From a virus, in the IMG/VR virus record IMGVR_UViG_3300045988_162215: 13,133 nt of DNA, one strand, 5' to 3'. Below are positions 1 through 7,029 of this stretch, piece by piece (the stretch's first letter is position 1; every line of letters begins with the position of its first letter). A model generated the notes under the pieces. It worked only from the letters and a program-made list of their open reading frames with translations, did no database searches and was not told the origin of the DNA. Both the position numbers and the translations under genes were made by a program.

Positions 1-219
1 ATTCTTCTACCGCAATAAGGACAAATTGTTGGATTAGTTTTAATCACACGTGCAGAACGACATCCCGGTTCATACATATCTCCCCAGCTAGACCGCCATT
101 CGCAAAACTCTTTTTCCTTATCTTTTTCAGTCTGCATAATCATCGCATCCAAACCATTTAATCTACCATCATACTTTGGACTGGTGATAAATGAACTGCC
201 AATATTCATATCAAACATT
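1..219 (-). CDS. hypothetical protein, partial (C-terminus lies beyond window start); N-term MFDMNIGSSFITSPKYDGRLNG..., Cys pairs near end
   Basis: Open minus-strand frame from ATG at 219..217 to the window edge with no stops. RBS GGAAAGGAAG sits 9 nt upstream, the same initiation cassette as at 1111. Confidence 0.55.
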
Positions 220-284
220 ATCATCAACTTCCTTTCCTTTTCATTTACTATAATAATTATATCAAAAATTTATATAAAAATAAA

Positions 285-312
285 GCAACAGACTTAAAGC
301 TAAGTCTGTTGC
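285..312 (-). terminator. rho-independent terminator (12-bp stem GCAACAGACTTA/TAAGTCTGTTGC, loop AAGC) followed by U-run on minus strand
   Basis: Perfect inverted repeat directly after the stop of the 319..927 gene. The minus strand continues CTTTATTTTTAT. Confidence 0.7.
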
Positions 313-318
313 ATATAT

Positions 319-927
319 TTATGCTTCTTTTACGATGCATCTTGTTAAAAGTACCTGACAATTTCCATTATATTCGTTATGCTCTTTGACTGTGCCTATT
401 AAAGTAACATAATCATTTTTAATATCCAGCTTTTTAGAAGTAAACCAAGTAAATAAATACTTGTCGTCTGCAACAAAAGAATAGACATATGAAGTACCAT
501 ATCTGCCATTGAATGAATTTGACTTTTCAAGTTTACACTTAATTTCAATGCGGTCGCCGCATTCGCAATCGTAAAACTGGGTATATGTCTTAATATACTT
601 TGACTTCAATTCCTTCATAAAGTCAATACAACCCGCCTTAAAACCATATCTAATCTGCTGATAATTCTTTGGTATTGTGCCGCCACAGGCAGCCCGCAAC
701 TCATCCAAAGTAATCTCAGCCGCGACATCATTAAATTCAACCTTGCAACAATGGTACTCTTTTGGAAGCTCGACTGGAGTTGGTCCATGCCAACCAAGTA
801 CTTTATTATATTTATATCCCTGTGCTTTAAGTTTATCCTTGATTGCATAGGTATTTTCTCCAATTACCACATATGTTTCTCTTGTTTTTGGATCAAAGCC
901 ATTCTTTTCAAACCAGTTATTTTCCAT
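319..927 (-). CDS. hypothetical protein (202 aa), Cys-containing, unknown function
   Basis: Long ORF. Strong RBS GAGGAGGT lies 8 nt before ATG 927..925, so the start is M16 of the track ORF. The RBS is encoded in the last codons of the upstream gene (translational coupling). Confidence 0.8.
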   Translation of the reverse strand: MENNWFEKNGFDPKTRETYVVIGENTYAIKDKLKAQGYKYNKVLGWHGPTPVELPKEYHCCKVEFNDVAAEITLDELRAACGGTIPKNYQQIRYGFKAGCIDFMKELKSKYIKTYTQFYDCECGDRIEIKCKLEKSNSFNGRYGTSYVYSFVADDKYLFTWFTSKKLDIKNDYVTLIGTVKEHNEYNGNCQVLLTRCIVKEA

Positions 928-928
928 A

Positions 929-1111
929 TTATCTGACCTCCTCATCGCAGCCATCTGCATCATAATATTCAACTTCCTCGTTAATTATTACGCCAGGTCC
1001 ATATCCATCTACTACAATGCAAGATCCAACCTCTCCAAGCATTGCTTCTGTGGTAATTTTTTTCATCATTTTGAAATCTGAAAGATAAACTGAATAAGTA
1101 AATATAAACAT
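929..1111 (-). CDS. hypothetical small acidic protein (60 aa)
   Basis: ATG 1111..1109 preceded by GGAAAGGAAG at 9-nt spacing. The track ORF began at an upstream TTG. The stop abuts the next gene. Confidence 0.6.
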   Translation of the reverse strand: MFIFTYSVYLSDFKMMKKITTEAMLGEVGSCIVVDGYGPGVIINEEVEYYDADGCDEEVR

Positions 1112-1173
1112 AATTATCAACTTCCTTTCCTTATTTTCTATATATATTATATAATAATTTTTATAAAAAATAA

Positions 1174-1194
1174 AGAGAGTTGTTACAACTCTCT
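1174..1194 (-). terminator. intrinsic terminator hairpin (AGAGAGTTGT/ACAACTCTCT) followed by UUAUUUUUU on minus strand
   Basis: Inverted repeat overlapping the stop of 1193..1444, then a T-run (rc of AAAAAATAA 1165-1173). Confidence 0.55.
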
Positions 1195-1444
1195 ATTGTT
1201 TATTATCAATTTTTATTACTTCACATGTTTCATATAAAAGATAACCAGTAAACAACACAAATAAAGGATACTCTAATGGCATAATAAAAAGAATATATAG
1301 TAAAGTTACTATCATACCAAGATTATCATATTTGTGCATCATGTCAAGTTTTCTATTTCTACAATATTCTGATGAAACAATAAAACAAATAGAAACAAAA
1401 GCTCCCACAAAAAGCATCAGAAAAAAATGCATTGATAAATACAT
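1193..1444 (-). CDS. small membrane protein (83 aa, two predicted TM helices)
   Basis: Hydrophobic ORF. Start probably ATG 1444..1442 with RBS GGTAGGTG (the track start was a GTG inside the RBS). Last gene of the kinase-like/SprT operon. Confidence 0.6.
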   Translation of the reverse strand: MYLSMHFFLMLFVGAFVSICFIVSSEYCRNRKLDMMHKYDNLGMIVTLLYILFIMPLEYPLFVLFTGYLLYETCEVIKIDNKQ

Positions 1445-1453
1445 GTTATACAC

Positions 1454-1954
1454 CTACCAATTCTGTTTAATTTTTACTATTGCACCACAACATTTTGTTG
1501 TATAAAACTGTGGCTGTTTAACAACTTTACCAGCTCGCGCGAATCCTTGAATAAACTTTCCACACTTACTGCAATAAGCTGTATATTTATATGCTTTATC
1601 TACATCTTCTCCAAAGAACTCCTTTTGAGAGAAATGGACGTCGCCTGAGCCACCAAGAGACAAGAAGATGTTCTTCCAAGTGCTGTCATGTCCATGATTT
1701 TGCCCATCAAAAAGAAAGGCTAAGACATGCGCGAGTTCATGCTTGATAGTGTCCATGATCTCAGCATCGTTGTTGCTATCAAGCAAGACTGCCGCGAACT
1801 CAACCTTCTCTACTTTATTACTTAAATGGTTAATAGTTACCCGCCCAAAGGTATTCTTGAACCTATTGTTAATAGAGATAGGAAGATCAACATCATATCC
1901 CTGTGAAACCATAATCTTTTTACAAATATCTTTTACTTCAATTAAAGTTTTCAT
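1454..1954 (-). CDS. SprT-like zinc metallopeptidase (HELAH...H motif plus C-terminal CxxC...CC zinc ribbon), 166 aa
   Basis: Motif TIKHELAHVLAFLFDGQNHGHDSTW matches HExxH(x)nH. Zinc ribbon CSKCGKF...TTKCCG. Start at ATG 1954..1952 with RBS GGGAGGA at 8 nt; the track start overlaps the upstream gene. Confidence 0.75.
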   Translation of the reverse strand: MKTLIEVKDICKKIMVSQGYDVDLPISINNRFKNTFGRVTINHLSNKVEKVEFAAVLLDSNNDAEIMDTIKHELAHVLAFLFDGQNHGHDSTWKNIFLSLGGSGDVHFSQKEFFGEDVDKAYKYTAYCSKCGKFIQGFARAGKVVKQPQFYTTKCCGAIVKIKQNW

Positions 1955-1958
1955 AGTA

Positions 1959-2675
1959 TTAGTCCTCCCACCATCCAGAATAGTCAATAATACAAGGTGT
2001 ACCATCTGATACTCGATATCCAATATTTTCATTATGTAAATCCATAGAGATACTTCTAGCAATATCAGAATCGCTCTTTAAAAACTCTAAAAAATTAAAT
2101 GTTTTATCTTCGCCATAAGATTTAATTAAATCTAAAATAAAACGACTTGGGAAAAAACGTTTTCCTTCAAGTTTATTATTATATTTTTCAATATCTTTAG
2201 CAGTTTTTTCTTGAAAATTATAATCACAAGTATCATACTTATTCTCATAAGTTTCACATTTTTCTTGTACATAGTGTAGATTATCAATTTCTTTAGTTTT
2301 AGCTAAGAAAATCTCATATCCGTTTCCTTCATCTATGCACTCTTGGTAAATATCTGCTTCAATCTGACAGAAATTATCTAGGATATCTTCTTTTATATCC
2401 GGTAAATCCGGATCATATGTAAGATCATCACCATTATTTGCGTTATAATAAAAAGTTGTATTGAAAGGAATCTTAATTACAACATCAAGGTCAGGATCAA
2501 TAATTACTGCTTTTGAAACCCCATGATTAACAATAGCTTCCTTATTGATGTCATGCACTTCATTTGTAAAATCATAAAGTTCATTTGAATCTTCTCCATC
2601 TTCACAGTAATATCCAAACTCGTTTGGGACATGAATAGTCTTATAGATATTAAGTCTTTCTTCTTTTGATAACAT
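1959..2675 (-). CDS. protein-kinase-like (APH/choline-kinase-like) protein, 238 aa: VVIK lysine motif, Brenner-like DLHNEN, and CIIDYSG (DFG-equivalent)
   Basis: Lys motif to catalytic D is about 145 aa and D to D about 19 aa, as in aminoglycoside phosphotransferases. RBS GAAAGGAA upstream. Product call from motifs only. Confidence 0.7.
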   Translation of the reverse strand: MLSKEERLNIYKTIHVPNEFGYYCEDGEDSNELYDFTNEVHDINKEAIVNHGVSKAVIIDPDLDVVIKIPFNTTFYYNANNGDDLTYDPDLPDIKEDILDNFCQIEADIYQECIDEGNGYEIFLAKTKEIDNLHYVQEKCETYENKYDTCDYNFQEKTAKDIEKYNNKLEGKRFFPSRFILDLIKSYGEDKTFNFLEFLKSDSDIARSISMDLHNENIGYRVSDGTPCIIDYSGWWED

Positions 2676-2739
2676 GCAACATCAATTCCTTTCTTTTTTC
2701 ATTTTCTATAATTATTATAACAAAAAATTATAAAAAAAT

Positions 2740-2767
2740 AAAGCATAGCAAATAAAAGCTATGCTTT
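2740..2767 (-). terminator. intrinsic terminator (AAAGCATAGC/GCTATGCTTT, loop AAATAAA) followed by U-run on minus strand
   Basis: 10-bp perfect stem, then TTATTTTTTTATAA on the minus strand. Lies between the operon ending at 2855 and the promoter of 1959..2675. Confidence 0.65.
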
Positions 2768-2854
2768 AATAATTTTAATATCAGTGTTAATAAGAATAGT
2801 GAAGATATAACAAATCAAAAATAAAATACAATCTACTTTATCTTAAACTATTCA

Positions 2855-3052
2855 TCAGTAAACACCTCTCATTTCTCTTTTATTTATTTTTTCTAACTTC
2901 TGTGCGCGGTTGTCGGTTCTGCGAGGACGAGATCCAGGCTTAGGGTTATACTTGTTGCAGGTCTTACAGGCTTTATTAAATGTGCCTTCTCTACCTTTAA
3001 GACACTTACCCTCATATTCATAATATCTACATACTCTTTCCCTATCCTTCAT
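2855..3052 (-). CDS. small basic Cys-rich protein (65 aa; CRYYEYEGKC...CKTC, putative zinc-binding)
   Basis: RBS GGAGGAG 7 nt before ATG 3052. Four Cys in CxxxxxxxC...CxxC arrangement. Confidence 0.6.
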   Translation of the reverse strand: MKDRERVCRYYEYEGKCLKGREGTFNKACKTCNKYNPKPGSRPRRTDNRAQKLEKINKREMRGVY

Positions 3053-3056
3053 AAAT

Positions 3057-3251
3057 TTACTCCTCCTTTACATAGATAGTGATTTTACCATCTTCAAGCA
3101 TACAAGCTTCAAAATCATCATTGTCGAGTTTAAAATTAACAAGCCAATATGGAGTATCCCATACCCTACCTTCAAAAAGAATTTCATCATCTTCTTTTAT
3201 AACAACTTCTTCTTCAAAGTAGAAATTTTTAATAAATTTTCCAAGCTTCAT
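3057..3251 (-). CDS. hypothetical acidic protein (64 aa)
   Basis: RBS GAGAGGA 6 nt upstream of ATG 3251..3249. Tightly packed in the operon. Confidence 0.6.
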   Translation of the reverse strand: MKLGKFIKNFYFEEEVVIKEDDEILFEGRVWDTPYWLVNFKLDNDDFEACMLEDGKITIYVKEE

Positions 3252-3254
3252 AGA

Positions 3255-3416
3255 CTATCCTCTCTTATAGATTCGCATCATGTCATACTCTTCTCCAACT
3301 GCTTTAGGCTCCTGCCACTGAGCGCCGCACTTAATACACTTTACTGTATAGTGCTTATCCTTTGGATCACATGCAATAACACGATATTCTTTATGTTTAC
3401 ACTTAAATATTCTCAT
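3255..3416 (-). CDS. small zinc-ribbon-like protein (53 aa; MRIFKCKHKEYRVIACD...VKCIKCGAQW), not in ORF track
   Basis: ATG 3416..3414 preceded by GAAAGGAG at 9 nt. Frame open to TAG at 3257..3255. It fills the gap between promoter 3449-3477 and gene 3057..3251, whose RBS lies in its last codons. Confidence 0.55.
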   Translation of the reverse strand: MRIFKCKHKEYRVIACDPKDKHYTVKCIKCGAQWQEPKAVGEEYDMMRIYKRG

Positions 3417-3448
3417 TTTGATGTTCTCCTTTCATATTTTCTATAATT

Positions 3449-3477
3449 ATTATATCAAAAAAATTATAAAAAAACAA
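3449..3477 (-). promoter_or_regulatory. promoter (extended -10 TGaTATAAT, weak -35 TTGTTT, 17-bp spacer) for the 3416->2855 operon
   Basis: Member of the repeated intergenic cassette TTTTTTTATAATTTTTTTGATATAATAATTATAGAAAATGAAAGGAG seen at 232-285, 1132-1170, 2691-2740, 3425-3475 and 5866-5921. Confidence 0.5.
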
Positions 3478-3500
3478 CAGGTGATATTTATTCACCTGTT
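3476..3500 (-). terminator. intrinsic terminator (AACAGGTGA/TCACCTGTT, loop TATTTAT) followed by UUUUUUU on minus strand
   Basis: Hairpin carries the stop codon of 3488..3838 in its loop. T-run follows on the minus strand. Confidence 0.65.
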
Positions 3501-3838
3501 GCGCTTATATAGTTCTTTGTTTTTTGATAATCTTCTTCTGAAATTGTTTTTAAGACATTTCCTTCTTGTGATATTATATGATTATCTTGTAGATAATTTG
3601 CTTCTATTGTGTTTGCATTAACCGCGGTTACCGTCACTTTGGCACTATTACAGCCAACTATAATGATGCCAACAACCGAGGCTGCCGCGAGTATGCCTAA
3701 AATTAACCGAATAACATTAAAAGAACTATATTCAATTAAACTAAAAATAAAAGCAATTACAAAAGCAAAGGCAAATATGATAAGTAAAAGTATAGATGGA
3801 TGTATATAGGTTATTTGCGTGGTATATAAAACTTCCAT
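3488..3838 (-). CDS. membrane protein (116 aa, two TM helices)
   Basis: Start ATG overlaps the upstream stop as TAATG (translational coupling). Hydrophobic N-terminal half. Confidence 0.65.
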   Translation of the reverse strand: MEVLYTTQITYIHPSILLLIIFAFAFVIAFIFSLIEYSSFNVIRLILGILAAASVVGIIIVGCNSAKVTVTAVNANTIEANYLQDNHIISQEGNVLKTISEEDYQKTKNYISATGE

Positions 3839-4563
3839 TACTGATATTTCTCCTTTAATAAATCTGTTTCATTAAGTTGATATAATGCAGTCAACTCATC
3901 TATCTCTCTTGTTATATCAACGGCAGACTCATCTGCTTGAATCTGTTTTAACATTTTGATACTTTTAGATACTGACTTTAATTGAATTTGTTTTTCAAGT
4001 TTCTTCTTGGTCTTAGAGAGTAAATCAAGTATCTGCTTTGTTTGATCATCTGGATTGGGTATATTTGACAATTCACAGATACTTTTTCTAATCTTTTCCA
4101 ATTTTCTCTCTAGTTTATTCGTATTAAGCTCTATAAAAACCATAATTAAATAGAACACAATAATTATTAAATAGCCGATATTTCTCACGTAATTACCAAA
4201 ATTCCATTGTGATTTTGCAAATTTAGTAAAATCATCATGTGTTTTAATATTAGCATCATATTTTTCATTATATTTTTCTACTAAATCGTTATATTTCTCA
4301 ATAGCATATCCAGCTGAATAATCTTTATCTGTAAAATTATCGCTTTTTAAATAAACAACTGCTGATGCACTCCAAAGAAGACAGTTTGTAAGAAAAATAG
4401 TAATAAGAATTGCTATAATTACATAATTAGCAGTATCGTCTATTTTTTTAAGCATTTTGTTTATAAGCTTAATTTTATTTTTACCTAAGACACATATTAT
4501 TATTATAGATAAAGAAAAAAACATAGCAATAGAACAAAAGCCATGTAAAGCATATATCGTCAT
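3838..4563 (-). CDS. membrane protein with 3-4 TM helices and C-terminal coiled-coil/charged tail (241 aa)
   Basis: RBS AAGGTGAG 5 nt before ATG 4563..4561 (the track start was a GTG inside the RBS). Function unknown. Confidence 0.7.
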   Translation of the reverse strand: MTIYALHGFCSIAMFFSLSIIIICVLGKNKIKLINKMLKKIDDTANYVIIAILITIFLTNCLLWSASAVVYLKSDNFTDKDYSAGYAIEKYNDLVEKYNEKYDANIKTHDDFTKFAKSQWNFGNYVRNIGYLIIIVFYLIMVFIELNTNKLERKLEKIRKSICELSNIPNPDDQTKQILDLLSKTKKKLEKQIQLKSVSKSIKMLKQIQADESAVDITREIDELTALYQLNETDLLKEKYQ

Positions 4564-4581
4564 ATAGCTCACCTTCTTTTC

Positions 4582-4728
4582 TTACATAAAATAACTTTTC
4601 ATATATATAGTTGTTTTTGTATTACCATTTTTATCTGGCAAGGTTTCCCACCAAAAACAATAGGAAGTAACTTTGCCCTTGCCGCGGTTTTGCTTTGTGA
4701 ACTTTACAGCTAGATCATCCATATTCAT
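4582..4728 (-). CDS. small basic protein (48 aa, MNMDDLAVKFTKQNRGKGK...), start embedded in 3' end of upstream gene; not in ORF track
   Basis: Perfect RBS AAGGAGGA 5 nt before ATG 4728..4726, in the +1 frame of gene 4715..4915. Its stop at 4582 sits just before the RBS of 3838..4563. Fills an otherwise empty 140-nt gap. Confidence 0.4.
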   Translation of the reverse strand: MNMDDLAVKFTKQNRGKGKVTSYCFWWETLPDKNGNTKTTIYMKSYFM

Positions 4729-4915
4729 TGAATTCCTCCTTAATAATTCTATCTAGCTCTTCTCGTGGAATAATAATTAAGTTTTCCTTATCTAAATATT
4801 GACTTTTAAGAATGGTTGCTAAATCCTTTGCGCCCATGTGATAAATAATATCTTCCTCTGATGGTTCGTATTCATCAAATTGATAGCCTGTATCATCCAT
4901 TAAACCTTCTCGCAT
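4715..4915 (-). CDS. hypothetical acidic protein (66 aa)
   Basis: RBS AGAGAGGAGGA 5 nt before ATG 4915..4913. Confidence 0.6.
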   Translation of the reverse strand: MREGLMDDTGYQFDEYEPSEEDIIYHMGAKDLATILKSQYLDKENLIIIPREELDRIIKEEFNEYG

Positions 4916-5087
4916 ATGGATCCTCCTCTCTTGTTATCCGTGACAACGGATGCACATAATCTGGTTCTCTTGTTTCTATATTTATGCAATTATATGGTGT
5001 CGCGTCATCCCAGTACATAGGTATCTTTATAAAGGGGACGCCGCCACAAATAAAAAAGTCTGCAAGCCGCAAATCACGAAAAACCAT
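4893..5087 (-). CDS. hypothetical protein (64 aa)
   Basis: RBS AAGGAGAT 5 nt upstream of ATG 5087. The 3' end overlaps the next gene start by 23 nt. Confidence 0.6.
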   Translation of the reverse strand: MVFRDLRLADFFICGGVPFIKIPMYWDDATPYNCINIETREPDYVHPLSRITREEDPYARRFNG

Positions 5088-5101
5088 AAAATATCTCCTT
5101 C

Positions 5102-5356
5102 TTATTTTTCATATGGTGACATATCTCTTCTAGTTACAGTCATTTCTGCATCCAAGAAGTAAATTTGATTATCCGATAAAAAACGAGCTAATTGTCCATT
5201 TTTAAGATTAACTGCATTAACTTGAATGGAGCAATCTTCTGGATAGTTTGCGGTTTCAATTTTCATATAACAATTATTGTTATATTCAAATAAATCTCCT
5301 ATATTAACAGATTTGAAAGGGTATGTTTGATTAGTTGGTATTTTTATTTTAAGCAT
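5102..5356 (-). CDS. paralog 3 of a tandem small-protein family (84 aa; ...GDLFEY...NAVNLKNGQ...)
   Basis: RBS AAAAGGAG before ATG 5356..5354 (the track start was an upstream TTG). Shares sequence pattern with 5374..5604 and 5637..5858. Confidence 0.65.
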   Translation of the reverse strand: MLKIKIPTNQTYPFKSVNIGDLFEYNNNCYMKIETANYPEDCSIQVNAVNLKNGQLARFLSDNQIYFLDAEMTVTRRDMSPYEK

Positions 5357-5373
5357 ATTATTACTCCTTTTAA

Positions 5374-5604
5374 TTAACAAATTCCAAATCCTGATGATGT
5401 CGTTAGAGTTAACTCATCTACTGGAATAACTCTGTTATTAGCGCGGAAAGCATAAAATTCTCCATTTTGTAAATTAACTGCATTTATTTTATGTCCTTCA
5501 ACCTTTATAAAAGCAATGTCATCTTCGCCATATAGGAAGATTTCTCCTACCTTTAGTTGGCTAAAAAGACATTTCTTATCTGAAAGAAGCTTTCTTATTT
5601 TCAT
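5374..5604 (-). CDS. paralog 2 of tandem small-protein family (76 aa; ...VGEIFLY...INAVNLQNGE...)
   Basis: RBS AGGAGGGA 4 nt before ATG 5604..5602. The track start was in-frame upstream, so real start is M11. Confidence 0.65.
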   Translation of the reverse strand: MKIRKLLSDKKCLFSQLKVGEIFLYGEDDIAFIKVEGHKINAVNLQNGEFYAFRANNRVIPVDELTLTTSSGFGIC

Positions 5605-5636
5605 TATATCCCTCCTAGCATTTAATGGATACATTC

Positions 5637-5858
5637 TTATCTTGAAATAGACAATGTTGCTTTTACTGGAAATACTACTGTATCAGAGCTAACTTCAGCT
5701 AGCATATTCTTAGTTAAATCTACAGCATTTTTACAACTATTATTACCACCCACTTTTAAGAAAACGGAATCATCAGCATTGCTACTTAACATAAAACACT
5801 CTCCAATTTCAAGTTTTTTAAATCTAATACCTGTTAGAAGATTTTTTTCAATTATCAT
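5637..5858 (-). CDS. paralog 1 of tandem small-protein family (73 aa; ...IGECFML...KNAVDLTKNM...)
   Basis: RBS AAAGAAGG 7 nt before ATG 5858. First gene of the long leftward operon. Confidence 0.65.
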   Translation of the reverse strand: MIIEKNLLTGIRFKKLEIGECFMLSSNADDSVFLKVGGNNSCKNAVDLTKNMLAEVSSDTVVFPVKATLSISR

Positions 5859-5892
5859 ATTTATGCCTTCTTTCTTTATTTTCTATATATTT

Positions 5893-5921
5893 ATTATATC
5901 AAAAATATTAAAGTTTTTCAA
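5893..5921 (-). promoter_or_regulatory. leftward promoter (-35 TTGAAA, 17-bp spacer, extended -10 TGaTATAAT) for operon 5858->3488
   Basis: Read on the minus strand: TTGAAAaactttaatatttttgaTATAAT. Back-to-back with the rightward promoter. Confidence 0.6.
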
Positions 5922-5947
5922 ATTGGTATTGCTATGGCGGCCGCAAC

Positions 5948-5976
5948 TTGACAAACAAAAATAAGTTTGTTATAAT
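5948..5976 (+). promoter_or_regulatory. rightward consensus promoter TTGACA-17-TATAAT for plus-strand cluster
   Basis: TTGACA 5948-5953, spacer aacaaaaataagtttgt, TATAAT 5971-5976. About 95-nt leader to ATG 6076 with RBS GGAGGGAG. Confidence 0.7.
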
Positions 5977-6075
5977 ATTATTAGAAAATAAATAAAAATA
6001 AAACAAAAGCAGTTAACAAAAGGTTTGAATAAAGACATGACGGATCGAATCTTTTCGGATTGCGGAGGGAGATAA

Positions 6076-6360
6076 ATGGATTATTTTAATAGAAATAATG
6101 ATGAAGAGATGGGTGGGATCAGCTATTGTAGCTGTGATTTGAACCCAACTGGTATTACTGCTAATCGAATTAAGTTTGGCGATGTGACAATGGATATAGG
6201 TGATTTAAGAGTAGATAAATATGATAAAATAATAAAAGAACTGTCTGATAAAGTTGAAGTAATTATGAAACATTGTTCTTTTAAACAAGAGAAGAAAATA
6301 AGTGAGTGGCGGGAGTTTGACTTAGAGGCTGCTACAGGGAGAGAGTTTGAGACACGATGA
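6076..6360 (+). CDS. hypothetical protein (94 aa)
   Basis: RBS GGAGGGAG 5 nt before ATG. Stop overlaps the next start (ATGA). Confidence 0.65.
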   Translation: MDYFNRNNDEEMGGISYCSCDLNPTGITANRIKFGDVTMDIGDLRVDKYDKIIKELSDKVEVIMKHCSFKQEKKISEWREFDLEAATGREFETR

Positions 6361-6560
6361 GTTGGGTTATTATTTTGATTTATATAGCGATAGCTATTGT
6401 TAGTTTATATTTTGGATTTCGCGCGGGAGTTGAATTGATTGTTGCGGCGATCCGCAAGAATCCAAATAAAATGTTGGCGGCAATGGGAATAAGAGTAGTA
6501 AGGAGAGTTGAACATGAGGATACCACAAAGCGTGGCTCGCGCGATAGTAAGAATACATGA
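6357..6560 (+). CDS. small protein with N-terminal TM helix and basic C-terminus (67 aa)
   Basis: ATGA overlap with the upstream gene. Weak RBS (GGGAGAGAG about 11 nt upstream). Confidence 0.5.
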   Translation: MSWVIILIYIAIAIVSLYFGFRAGVELIVAAIRKNPNKMLAAMGIRVVRRVEHEDTTKRGSRDSKNT

Positions 6561-6602
6561 TTTCATTGTTTATAGAATTTGGACAAAATTCTAAACTATG
6601 TG

Positions 6603-6617
6603 TTGGGCAAAAGCCAA
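6603..6617 (+). terminator. weak hairpin TTGGGC-aaaa-GCCAA followed by TAATTTGTTTG
   Basis: Short imperfect stem after the stop of 6357..6560. May attenuate before the internal promoter-like TTTGTA-17-TATAAT at 6625-6653. Confidence 0.25.
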
Positions 6618-6669
6618 TAATTTGTTTGTAATTGTTTACAAATATAGTATAATGAGAGAAAGGAGGATT

Positions 6670-6840
6670 ATGGAATTGAATCTTCAAGAAACATGTCAGC
6701 GATTGAGGCTGAGTGAGTCGACTCTACGAGAGGCGTTTCCGCGCACTGTTAGAACTTTAGAAAAACAAGGTATTAAATTAACTAAAGTTGGCAGAGGGCA
6801 GAATGCAGATTATACTATTGAATATGTAAACAAGGAGTGA
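6670..6840 (+). CDS. putative helix-turn-helix DNA-binding protein (56 aa; MELNLQETCQRLRLSESTLREAF...)
   Basis: RBS GAAAGGAGGA just upstream of ATG 6670 (short spacing). The track ORF started further upstream without an RBS. HTH-like segment QRLRLSESTLRE. Confidence 0.5.
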   Translation: MELNLQETCQRLRLSESTLREAFPRTVRTLEKQGIKLTKVGRGQNADYTIEYVNKE

Positions 6841-6845
6841 TTTAA

Positions 6846-7028
6846 GTGCCAATAAGAACCAAATATAAAACCATTTATTCTTTAAGAGTAAGGATGCTTT
6901 TAAGGGATATGGGTTTTGAGCCTCTATTAGAAAAAGATAATATATATAGATCTGGATTGAAGTGCTGGATATATGAAGTTACAGATAATTTTAATAAAGC
7001 TCTTGATAAAATATTAGGGGGTAATTAA
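6846..7028 (+). CDS. hypothetical protein (60 aa), GTG start
   Basis: RBS AAGGAG 8 nt before GTG 6846. Stop 1 nt before the next RBS/ATG. Confidence 0.5.
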   Translation: MPIRTKYKTIYSLRVRMLLRDMGFEPLLEKDNIYRSGLKCWIYEVTDNFNKALDKILGGN

Positions 7029-7029
7029 A

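Noticed and set aside
615-863. Minus and plus shadow ORFs inside gene 319..927 (615..863 minus, 751..936 plus)
   Set aside because: Alternative-frame and antisense ORFs nested inside a well-supported gene. No RBS.
1743-2009. Plus-strand 88-aa ORF antisense to the SprT gene
   Set aside because: Antisense shadow ORF with no RBS or promoter.
3418-3809. Plus-strand ORFs 3418..3621 and 3609..3809
   Set aside because: Antisense to the membrane-protein gene 3488..3838 and to a promoter/terminator cassette. Low-complexity translations, no RBS.
4950-5964. Plus-strand ORFs 4950..5162 and 5779..5964
   Set aside because: Antisense to RBS-supported minus-strand genes. The second runs through the divergent promoter region.
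6400-6687. Minus-strand 95-aa ORF antisense to genes 6357..6560 and 6670..6840
   Set aside because: Overlaps two plus-strand genes that have RBSs and sit in an operon. It has no RBS or promoter of its own.
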